This document shows, one piece after another, positions 8,040 to 14,669 of a stretch of DNA of 14,669 nt (positions are counted from its first letter, which is position 1; the number at the start of each line of letters is the position of its first letter). The DNA is from a bacterium. Its GTDB lineage: Bacteria > SAR324 > XYD2-FULL-50-16. Below the pieces are notes generated by a model that saw nothing but the letters and a program-made list of their open reading frames with translations, was not told where the DNA came from and ran no database searches. The position numbers and the translations under genes were made by a program. The stretch spans positions 1 to 14,669 of the forward strand of contig JAOZRE010000081.1 of the NCBI GenBank assembly GCA_029940215.1. Reading direction: 5' to 3'.

Positions 8040-10370
8040 CTACCTAAAAATGAAGGCGGCGCCTGCGTAGAAGCCATTCATATTGTTGTTGAGGTATGCG
8101 CCAGTCAAGATGTTACCGCCATATATGGAGACAGCAATCCCGAGTTGATCACCAGGGAGCCCCTCGTCAGCAACAATTTTAGAGAGGGGGTTCCAGGAGC
8201 CGTCACCCGTATTCCGTTGGAACAAGTAAACAGCCCCGGCATTGGAACCGTTTGCGTTATCCTCGTAACGCGCACCGACAGCAATATAGTCCCCATAAAT
8301 TCCAACCGACTGTCCAAACTGGTCGGAGGCCATGCCATCACTAGCCGTCAGCTTTGAATAACGACTCCATGTATCAAAACCGGCGTCCCGTTCCATTATC
8401 ACTGCTGAACCGGTGGATGCTGCCACATCATCATCAAGCGGCATTCCAGCTACCGCAAAGTCACCATTAATACTGACAGATATGCCCAGACGATCTTCTT
8501 CTGCAGGCGCAGCTGCGACAACCTTGCTGACTTCGGACCAGGTATCGAAACCGGTATCTCTCTTGAAGAGATACACGGATCCGCTGTTAAGGAACGTATC
8601 ATCATTGTACGGTGCACCAACTATGATGAAATCACCGTTGATAGCGACCGAATAACCGAATTGATCACTTTCTGCACCATCAGAGGCCAGGAGTTTATCA
8701 ACCTGGAACCAATTCCCACTGACGGCATTGCGTTTGAATACGTAAACCGCTCCCGAGGCAGAACCGTTATCGTCCCTGCCGGTTGCACCAATCACAGCAT
8801 AATCCCCCTGCAGTGCCAGCGAATACCCCAGGTAATCGTTGGAGAGGCTTCCCGCAGCAGTTGCCTTCATCACAAAATCCCAGTTATCACCGGTTTTTCG
8901 GTAAAAATACACAGCACCCCCGTTGGTACCGGCTTCATCATCATAGCGGGAACCAACGGCGATATTGTCCCCGCTGACGGCAACCGCCATCCCATAGGTG
9001 TCACTGGCACCAGCATCATGAGCAACCAGTTTTTGAGTCTGAATCCAGTTGCCGTTCGACGGATTTCGCCGGTAGACGTAGGCCGATCCGGAAGACAAGG
9101 CGGCATCATCGGAATACGGTGCTCCAACAACCGCAATATCCTTTCCTAGGGATACGGCACTCCCGAATCGATCGTCGTTCATTCCGTCATCGGCTATCAC
9201 CTTCGCGGTCTGAATCCCTATAATATCGTCGTCATAGTTATAAAGAAAGATATCCACCGGATCAAACCCGTCATAGTCCGGGTCGTTACTCACCGCCGGC
9301 TGGAAGATAATGCTGTATGCAATACTGCCATCATATTCCGTATCATCAACCCCTGTTAGAGTGACCGTCTGTGGGGTCGACCAGTTTGATGATGTAAAAG
9401 TCAGGGTGGAAGGAGAAACCATACCCTCTGTGGTATCCGAACTGCCCAGTGACAAAGACACGTCATCCGCCGGCTCACTACTCAGATATACCGTAAATGT
9501 ATATGCCTCACTTGCCTCGGTTGTATTTTCAGACGTGTAGTCGACCACCACATTGAAAGGGCTTGTTGTGAATGAAAACTGGTATTCAGATAACAGATTC
9601 TGCCCTGGAACGCTGGCAATCCCGGTTCCCAGTGAAACAGTGTACCCGGTATCAGTGCTAAACCGCGCATCCGGGGTAAAAACAGCCACCGTTCCATTCA
9701 TCTCGATCGTGCCGGAAATAGTGTCCCCATTTTCATTGGCCACCCGAAAGTTTTCCGTACCAAAGCTCTGGAGATCCATCTCCTCGCTGAAGGTGATCCG
9801 TACGGTACTGTCAACTCCGATACGAACGGCATTGTTGAGAGGTGTAGTTGATTCCACAATGGGAACCGTAACATGGACACCGGTTGTAAACCCGTTAGAA
9901 CTAACATATTCATTGAGAAGGGAGATGTTGGATAAACTCTTGATATCGGTGGTAAGCTTGACCTTATAATTGGTCTGTGCAGTCAGTAGGGATGTCGGTT
10001 TCAGTTGATACCGATAATCCCCGGTATCGGTTGACGTTTCAGAATCGTCGGAGACATTGGACAGGGGCAGGCAGCTCTGAAAATTGTCTGAAGAGACCTG
10101 GACCGATCCCTCACACTCCCCATCCTGTTCGTTTGTATTCAGGCTTAATTCATTGATTGGGGTACTGAACGCCAGAATAATCGAACTGTTCAAAGGGACA
10201 TCTGCACTGTTTTCCACGGGCTGCACTTCCAATATGCTGGGGACGACCACCTGATTATTAACAATCGTTGTGTCTTCTTCCATTTCACCGCATGATACAA
10301 CGGACGCTAAAACCATCAATAACACTACAAACCGGACGAACCCGCCCCACTTTACCTGTCTGCTATCCAT
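8040..10370 (-). CDS. secreted lipoprotein with N-terminal Ig-like (Big_5/SbsA-type) domains and C-terminal 7-blade FG-GAP beta-propeller
   Basis: The N-terminus MDSRQVKWGGFVRFVVLLMVLASVVSC has a positively charged n-region, a hydrophobic core and a VVSC lipobox. Ig-like segments are present (VRITFSEEMD...VAVFTPDARFSTDTGYTVSLG). There are seven tandem repeats of the form FG.SV...GD...VGAP..DD....SGS.Y.F.R (for example SDQFGYSVAINGDFIIVGAPYNDDTFLNSGSVYLFKR). Confidence 0.85.
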   Translation of the reverse strand: MDSRQVKWGGFVRFVVLLMVLASVVSCGEMEEDTTIVNNQVVVPSILEVQPVENSADVPLNSSIILAFSTPINELSLNTNEQDGECEGSVQVSSDNFQSCLPLSNVSDDSETSTDTGDYRYQLKPTSLLTAQTNYKVKLTTDIKSLSNISLLNEYVSSNGFTTGVHVTVPIVESTTPLNNAVRIGVDSTVRITFSEEMDLQSFGTENFRVANENGDTISGTIEMNGTVAVFTPDARFSTDTGYTVSLGTGIASVPGQNLLSEYQFSFTTSPFNVVVDYTSENTTEASEAYTFTVYLSSEPADDVSLSLGSSDTTEGMVSPSTLTFTSSNWSTPQTVTLTGVDDTEYDGSIAYSIIFQPAVSNDPDYDGFDPVDIFLYNYDDDIIGIQTAKVIADDGMNDDRFGSAVSLGKDIAVVGAPYSDDAALSSGSAYVYRRNPSNGNWIQTQKLVAHDAGASDTYGMAVAVSGDNIAVGSRYDDEAGTNGGAVYFYRKTGDNWDFVMKATAAGSLSNDYLGYSLALQGDYAVIGATGRDDNGSASGAVYVFKRNAVSGNWFQVDKLLASDGAESDQFGYSVAINGDFIIVGAPYNDDTFLNSGSVYLFKRDTGFDTWSEVSKVVAAAPAEEDRLGISVSINGDFAVAGMPLDDDVAASTGSAVIMERDAGFDTWSRYSKLTASDGMASDQFGQSVGIYGDYIAVGARYEDNANGSNAGAVYLFQRNTGDGSWNPLSKIVADEGLPGDQLGIAVSIYGGNILTGAYLNNNMNGFYAGAAFIFR
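8043..9190 (-). repeat. tandem coding repeats (~170-175 bp period, 7 copies) encoding FG-GAP blades
   Basis: The seven protein-level repeats occupy roughly the last 380 codons. This repetition explains the many long antisense and out-of-frame ORFs the track reports in this interval. Confidence 0.6.
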
Positions 10371-10669
10371 GTCTCTTCATCTGTAACGAGATTATTATTT
10401 TTTGAGATCAAATCACCAATCAGTGATTTATTTCATATGTGAAATGCATGAAGCGGACCGATTCAATTCGGCGGATTTGACATAATCCTGTTTCAGCTAA
10501 TGGTTATGGGATAAAAATAGTTATTCCTCCTCAAAGCGCACAATAACAATACCTCATCTTCAAAGTCGTAACCAGAAAAAAACCTGCCCCAATTCCAAAA
10601 AAAAAAGAAGATTTAAAAACAATCTCTTTAAATTCGAACCACTCCTGGCCCCGGTTGATAACGAATATC

Positions 10670-10699
10670 TTGACAAAAAAACGGTCCTTCCCCAATAAT
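10670..10699 (+). promoter_or_regulatory. putative sigma70-type promoter for the MlrC-like gene
   Basis: A perfect TTGACA lies at 10670-10675, followed by an 18-nt spacer and AATAAT at 10694-10699. This sits 44 nt before the GGAGG SD (10733-10737) and ATG 10743. Confidence 0.3.
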
Positions 10700-10742
10700 C
10701 GAGCAAAAAAGAAACCGATTTAACTAATGACTGGAGGAAACA

Positions 10743-12239
10743 ATGAAGCTGTTTATTGGAATGCTTGGGACGGAGACCAATACCTGCTCACCCATACCGA
10801 CAGGGTGGAATGTCTGGAATGGGACCTTGTTGCATCGACGGAGTGATGCTGAAGAAAGCGCACCAGCCTTGTTCCAGGGACTAAAGGCGGTAGTAAACGA
10901 AACCATGAATCAGCGGGGCTGGGAGGTAGAATTTGGCCTGTTTGCTTTTGCACAACCTGCGGGTCTTACGCCACGGTCTGTTTACGAACAGCTGCGCGAT
11001 GAACTTTTGACTGATCTTCGGGACAGCTCCAACGTGGATGCGGTGCTGTTGATTCTCCATGGTGCCATGGTGGCTGAGGGATATGATGACTGTGAGGGAG
11101 ATCTGATTGAGAGGATCCGTGAGCAGGTGGGCCCGGATGTACCAGTGGGAGCGGAGCTGGATCTGCACTGTCATGTCATTCAAAAGATGGTTGAAAATGC
11201 AAATGCGCTGGTTGGCTATAAGGAGTATCCACATGTAGACGTTCTACCGCGAATGCTGGAACTTTTTGCAATACTGGCCGATGCCGCAGAAGGTAAGGTT
11301 AATCCGGTGACCTCTTTTTTTCGCTGCCGCATGATCGGGATGATTCACACCACTCGAGAACCTATGCGCGGTTTTGTGAATGAGTTAAGTGCATTGGAGG
11401 GAAAAAACGGTGTTCTCAATGCCTGGGTGGGCCACGGCTTTCCCTATGGAGACGTTCCGGACATGGGCGCGACCATGGTCGTTGTCACTGACGGGATTCC
11501 AGTCCAGGGTGTTGAGCTTGCTGAAAAGCTGGGGAGGAGACTTTTTGCCATGCGGCAGGATATTTGCTCCTCTCCCCTGACACTGGACGAATGCCTGAAT
11601 CAGGCAGAGCAGGCTGCAGAGGGACCGGTCACCATTGCCGATACTGCAGACAATGCTGGCGGGGGTGCGCCAGGTGATTCCACATTTTTCCTCTCGGAAA
11701 TGATAAACCGTGGTATCGACAACTCGGCAATCGCGGTGTTTTATGACCCTGTGGCGGTTTCCCTTTGCCAGGACGCTGGCCTCAACACACAAATCAAACT
11801 GCGTATTGGTGGAAAAATGGGGCCATCCTCAGGTCCACCAGTTGATGTTCTGGCCACGGTTATCGGACTGGCAAATGAGGTGACCGATAACATGGGAGAA
11901 ATTATCATGTCCTATGGGGCTTCTGCCGCTATAAAAATCCACCTTGGGGGTGAGGTCTCTCTTTTACCGGAAAGTGGCATTGATGTCATCCTGACAGAGA
12001 ATCGGGCTCAATGCTATTCTCCTAAGGCATTTTCCCAACTGGGAGTGGATCCGCAACTGAAAAAGATACTGGTTGTCAAATCCACCCAGCATTTTCATGC
12101 TGGTTTTGCCCCTATATCAAAGCAGATTCTATATGCCGGGGATCTTGGAGCGCTTTCGGGAGACATGCTGAAGATCCCCTACGAGCGGGTTGATACAACC
12201 GGGCTCTGGCCTTTCTCAGACGATCCGTTTGCCAGTTAA
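10743..12239 (+). CDS. M81-family metallopeptidase (MlrC / microcystinase C-like; DUF1485 + MlrC_C)
   Basis: GGAGG lies 5 nt before the ATG. The N-terminus MKLFIGMLGTETNTCSP matches the MlrC family start (M.IA.GGF.HETNTFSP). The ~500 aa length and two-domain layout are typical. Confidence 0.7.
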   Translation: MKLFIGMLGTETNTCSPIPTGWNVWNGTLLHRRSDAEESAPALFQGLKAVVNETMNQRGWEVEFGLFAFAQPAGLTPRSVYEQLRDELLTDLRDSSNVDAVLLILHGAMVAEGYDDCEGDLIERIREQVGPDVPVGAELDLHCHVIQKMVENANALVGYKEYPHVDVLPRMLELFAILADAAEGKVNPVTSFFRCRMIGMIHTTREPMRGFVNELSALEGKNGVLNAWVGHGFPYGDVPDMGATMVVVTDGIPVQGVELAEKLGRRLFAMRQDICSSPLTLDECLNQAEQAAEGPVTIADTADNAGGGAPGDSTFFLSEMINRGIDNSAIAVFYDPVAVSLCQDAGLNTQIKLRIGGKMGPSSGPPVDVLATVIGLANEVTDNMGEIIMSYGASAAIKIHLGGEVSLLPESGIDVILTENRAQCYSPKAFSQLGVDPQLKKILVVKSTQHFHAGFAPISKQILYAGDLGALSGDMLKIPYERVDTTGLWPFSDDPFAS

Positions 12240-12378
12240 TCAATAGAGTCGGCAACCATCATTATCAAATCGGTTTCGCGACTCTTTCATCATGACCAGC
12301 CAAACTCCCAGGAAAAGTTTTTCCTACCAGTGTCATTCTGAGCGGGATCTTGTCTTGGGTTCAGCCACTAAGTCGGAT

Positions 12379-13353
12379 CTAATCCTCAGCCGGCCCGGAT
12401 GGTTCCGGCCTGGACTTGTGCTTCATCTGGCTTTCAGCTAGTGCGGCCAGTCCCCCGACAGCACCTAGATTCATCGACTCAAGCGCTGAATTCGGCACAA
12501 TGATCAGTGATCCTTTCTCTTTCAGCCCCTCAAACAGCATGTTCATCCCCCTCAATTGGAGTGCAACCGGATTATCGCGGTAGTGCTCACTGGCCTTGGC
12601 AAATTTTTCTGATATTTCTGTTTCTGCTGTTCCCAGGATGATCCGTGCCTGACGTTCACGCTCTGCCTGCGCCTGCTTGCTCATAGCATCTGACAGTGCC
12701 GCCGGAATGATAACGTCCTTGATGCCAACCGTCTGACAGGTTATCCCCCAGGGACTGGTCTGCTCATCCAGCGTCTTCTGGAGGTCCCCGGCAATTTTCT
12801 CCCGATTCTGCAGCAGGTCTGCAAGCTCATGTTTGCCAATGATATCCCTAAGCCCCGTCTGGCAGGCATAGGAAACAGCATCGGTATACATTTCCACTTC
12901 CAGGGCGGTTTTTTCAGCATCCCAGACGGTCCAGTAAGCGACGGCATCCACATTAACCGGAACTGTATCTTTGGTCAGGGTTTTTTCCGCACTGAAATCT
13001 GCGACCCGTACTCGCTGGTCGATAAACTGATCAATGCGGTCTATGATTGGGATAATAAAGAACAAACCAGGCCCCCTCAGCCCTTTATATTTACCGAGGC
13101 GCAGCACCACCGCCTTTTCCCACTGATCCGCTGTGCGAATGGATGCCGCAATAAAAACTGCTAAGGCCGTTCCGGCGATAATGATCGTTCCGAGTTTCAC
13201 CAAATATCGAAACCGCGCCATCGAGCTGAAATCCTGAAAACTGACGTCAATCACCGCATTGTATATCAGCAGCCCTTCACCAATCATGATGAGTACAAAA
13301 ACAGTCTTTCCAAGCGCACTTAACGGTCTGGGAGTTTTGTTTAGTTTGCTCAT
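12379..13353 (-). CDS. SPFH/Band-7 stomatin-like (slipin) membrane protein
   Basis: The track start at 13410 is non-ATG. I prefer ATG 13351-13353 (MSKLNK...), which has GAGAGGAGAA immediately upstream. Two N-terminal hydrophobic segments are followed by the stomatin core: WEKAVVLRLGKYKGLRGPGLFFIIPIIDRI, PVNVDAVAYW and a QAERERQARI coiled region. Confidence 0.85.
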   Translation of the reverse strand: MSKLNKTPRPLSALGKTVFVLIMIGEGLLIYNAVIDVSFQDFSSMARFRYLVKLGTIIIAGTALAVFIAASIRTADQWEKAVVLRLGKYKGLRGPGLFFIIPIIDRIDQFIDQRVRVADFSAEKTLTKDTVPVNVDAVAYWTVWDAEKTALEVEMYTDAVSYACQTGLRDIIGKHELADLLQNREKIAGDLQKTLDEQTSPWGITCQTVGIKDVIIPAALSDAMSKQAQAERERQARIILGTAETEISEKFAKASEHYRDNPVALQLRGMNMLFEGLKEKGSLIIVPNSALESMNLGAVGGLAALAESQMKHKSRPEPSGPAED

Positions 13354-13375
13354 GAATTCTCCTCTCAGGTACGGT

Positions 13376-13753
13376 TTATTCCGTATGCTTCGTATTCGAC
13401 AATTCGTCAATCATCTCTTCCACCTTAAACCCGTAACTGTCTGCAACGTTCAAAAAATCCTTGCAAATCGCTTGAAGCTTGTTCTTCCGCTCTTTTTCAT
13501 CAATCTCAACCTTGATAGTGCCGATAAATGTACCGGTTCCTTGCTGGGCTTCCAGTACCTTCTGAATCTCCAGTTCCTTATATGCCTTGCTGACTGTATT
13601 CAGGTTAACCTTTAACTGCACCGCTAAGGCTCGAACCGTTGGCAATTGGTCTCCAGGTTTCCACTCACCCGTTGCAATCCCATGACGTATCTGATCTATG
13701 ATCTGCCGATAGTAGGGAACGCCGCTCCGATGATCCAGTCTAAATTCTATCAT
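13376..13753 (-). CDS. GntR-family transcriptional regulator, short YtrA-like subtype (winged HTH + short C-terminal helices)
   Basis: ATG at 13751-13753 (MIEFRLDHRSGVPYYRQI...); the track started at an upstream TTG. The GntR HTH signature is present: PYYRQIIDQIRHGIATGEWKPGDQLPTVRALAVQLKVNLNTVSKAYKELE. At 125 aa it lacks an FCD or aminotransferase effector domain. Its stop lies 22 nt before the SPFH start. Confidence 0.8.
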   Translation of the reverse strand: MIEFRLDHRSGVPYYRQIIDQIRHGIATGEWKPGDQLPTVRALAVQLKVNLNTVSKAYKELEIQKVLEAQQGTGTFIGTIKVEIDEKERKNKLQAICKDFLNVADSYGFKVEEMIDELSNTKHTE

Positions 13754-13812
13754 TCCACCCCTGCATCCAAAATTAATGGTCAAAAATTTATTGTGTTATA
13801 TGACTAGTACCT

Positions 13813-14079
13813 TTAGGCTTCAGCTGACTTGCTGGGGGAAACAATCCAGTTGTATAACCCGGCAAATACCGCTCCACCGATCAAGCCATCAAAAAAGGCC
13901 CAAGCAAGGCCGATAAAACTTCCAGCTGCACTGATGTTATAGCCAATATATACCTTTCCAATTATTGTTTCCTCTCCTGTCGCACCATTAGAGGCGATCA
14001 TCCACCAGGTCAGGCAGAAAAGACCGAATCCCCAAAACAGTCCACTGGTGAGTGCAAGCGCTTTGACGTCGAGTTTCAT
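13813..14079 (-). CDS. small membrane protein (2 predicted TM helices), function unknown
   Basis: ATG at 14077-14079 with a strong SD (GAAAAGGAGGACCAA-ATG). The protein is 88 aa with two hydrophobic helices (LALTSGLFWGFGLFCLTWWMI; FIGLAWAFFDGLIGGAVFAGLY). It is the first gene of the minus-strand operon with the GntR and SPFH genes. Confidence 0.6.
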   Translation of the reverse strand: MKLDVKALALTSGLFWGFGLFCLTWWMIASNGATGEETIIGKVYIGYNISAAGSFIGLAWAFFDGLIGGAVFAGLYNWIVSPSKSAEA

Positions 14080-14134
14080 TTGGTCCTCCTTTTCAGATTA
14101 GACAAGTTTGGAATACAATAAAAATTCGCACAAA

Positions 14135-14166
14135 TACTATTGTATTATTTATATAGTACAATATTA
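14135..14166. promoter_or_regulatory. inverted-repeat operator candidate upstream of the small-protein/GntR/SPFH operon
   Basis: TACTATTGTA-N12-TACAATATTA matches 9/10 as an inverted repeat (core ATTGTA 14139-14144 / TACAAT 14157-14162). It lies 56-87 bp upstream of the operon start at 14079. The GT...AC-containing palindrome is of the kind bound by GntR-family dimers. Confidence 0.3.
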
Positions 14167-14653
14167 GTTTAGTTCTAAAATCTCCTTTTGTCAACTCTTG
14201 TTTTTTAATTCGAACCCGTCTGGTCAAAATATTATTTTCGAACTTATCCCCGATTTATCCCATTTATATATTCAAGACTTTTCTTTCTCATTCCTTTGGT
14301 GCGCGGCCTTTTCAATGTTGTAAGAGAAAAACACCGCCACTTAAACAATGTCAGAAAACGGTTGATGAAAGGAATCTACCTGAGTTTACCTGAAAACCGA
14401 GGCGCCGTAGTGCGCCCACAGTCCGAAGTGGTTCCGTTTAAACTGATTAAAATGGTTCCATTTTAGACCGGTGGTTACACCCGGAACATTACTTACATTG
14501 AGAAAACCGGAAAAGTGATTTATCAGTGTTATTTAACACCCGGAATACGCAATCCTTCTTCATAACTCTTCGGTTGATCCACCGGATGATTGTCGTAGTA
14601 CAATTCAGGATTAAAAAGCCACTCCGCAGTGATTTTATTAAAAATATTGCATT

Positions 14654-14659
14654 GGAGGG
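14654..14659 (+). other. Shine-Dalgarno-like GGAGGG at window edge (a gene probably starts at or just beyond position 14666)
   Basis: GGAGGG at 14654-14659 is followed by a 6-nt spacer and TTG at 14666-14668. No + strand ORF precedes it in the last 590 bp. Confidence 0.25.
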
Positions 14660-14669
14660 TACAATTTGC

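Noticed and set aside
7962-9969. Multiple + strand ORFs (7962..8357, 8413..8655, 8661..9149, 8783..8977, 9310..9540, 9553..9969) and short - strand ORFs inside the FG-GAP gene
   Set aside because: They are antisense or out-of-frame to a long, motif-rich CDS. They are artefacts of the codon-biased, repetitive FG-GAP coding sequence and have no start signals.
10631-10640. AATTCGAACC present in two different promoter regions (10631-10640 and 14207-14216, plus TTCGAAC at 14237-14243). Its reverse complement GGTTCGAATT resembles a tRNA T-loop
   Set aside because: Identical 10-mers are expected by chance many times in a 14.7-kb window. The flanks do not form T-stem or acceptor-stem pairings, so there is no tRNA or tRNA fragment. 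A shared-regulator interpretation is unsupported without conservation data.
10628-10650. Sigma54-type (-24 GG / -12 GC) reading of GGCCAGGAGTGGTTCGAA on the minus strand
   Set aside because: The GG and GC spacing does not fit the TGGCAC-N5-TTGC geometry.
10753-11792. Minus-strand ORFs inside the MlrC-like gene (10753..10953, 10881..11234, 11385..11792)
   Set aside because: They are shadow ORFs antisense to a 498-aa CDS with a recognisable N-terminal family motif.
12741-13615. ORFs 12741..12953 (-), 12829..13164 (+), 13259..13615 (+) overlapping the SPFH and GntR genes
   Set aside because: They overlap the stomatin and GntR CDSs in other frames or antisense. They have no RBS and no protein-like composition.
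14380-14420. Possible TPP or cobalamin riboswitch (CTGAG...ACCTGA and GCCACT strings)
   Set aside because: Only fragments match. The TPP UGG...CCAGCG stem and the B12-box consensus are absent. Without a covariance-model search the assignment would be invention.
14365-14517. 50-aa ORF (MKGIYLSLPENRGAVV...) in the 3' AT-rich region
   Set aside because: There is no Shine-Dalgarno sequence. Its composition is not protein-like, and it overlaps the repeated GC-rich motifs that are better explained as regulatory or RNA elements.

Overview
This is a 14.7-kb bacterial chromosomal segment with 12 supportable protein-coding genes in several short operon-like blocks, separated by markedly AT-rich intergenic regions (about 5687-6297, 10371-10742, 14080-14669). 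I found no rRNA, tRNA, CRISPR array, transposase or integrase. In order, the window contains: (i) a small 3-TM membrane protein, a methionine-synthase activation-domain-like protein and a stand-alone zinc-type homocysteine S-methyltransferase-domain protein, which together look like a split corrinoid/MetH-type methyltransferase module; (ii) a minus-strand fatty-acyl-AMP ligase fused to an acyl-carrier domain (FAAL-ACP) followed by an MFS transporter, placed divergently across a 611-bp AT-rich spacer from a DinB_2/MDMPI_N-like metalloenzyme and a crotonase-fold enoyl-CoA hydratase; (iii) a large lipoprotein with N-terminal Ig-like domains and a 7-blade FG-GAP beta-propeller, which is strongly repetitive at DNA level; (iv) an M81/MlrC-family metallopeptidase; (v) a tight minus-strand operon of a small 2-TM protein, a YtrA-like mini-GntR regulator and an SPFH/stomatin (slipin) protein, with an inverted-repeat operator candidate upstream; (vi) a 3' AT-rich leader with several GC-rich repeated motifs and a strong SD at the window edge. 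The six-frame track evidently accepts TTG/GTG starts, so I re-assigned several starts to downstream ATGs that have a ribosome-binding site. All functional calls come from motif recognition by eye; no database searches were run.
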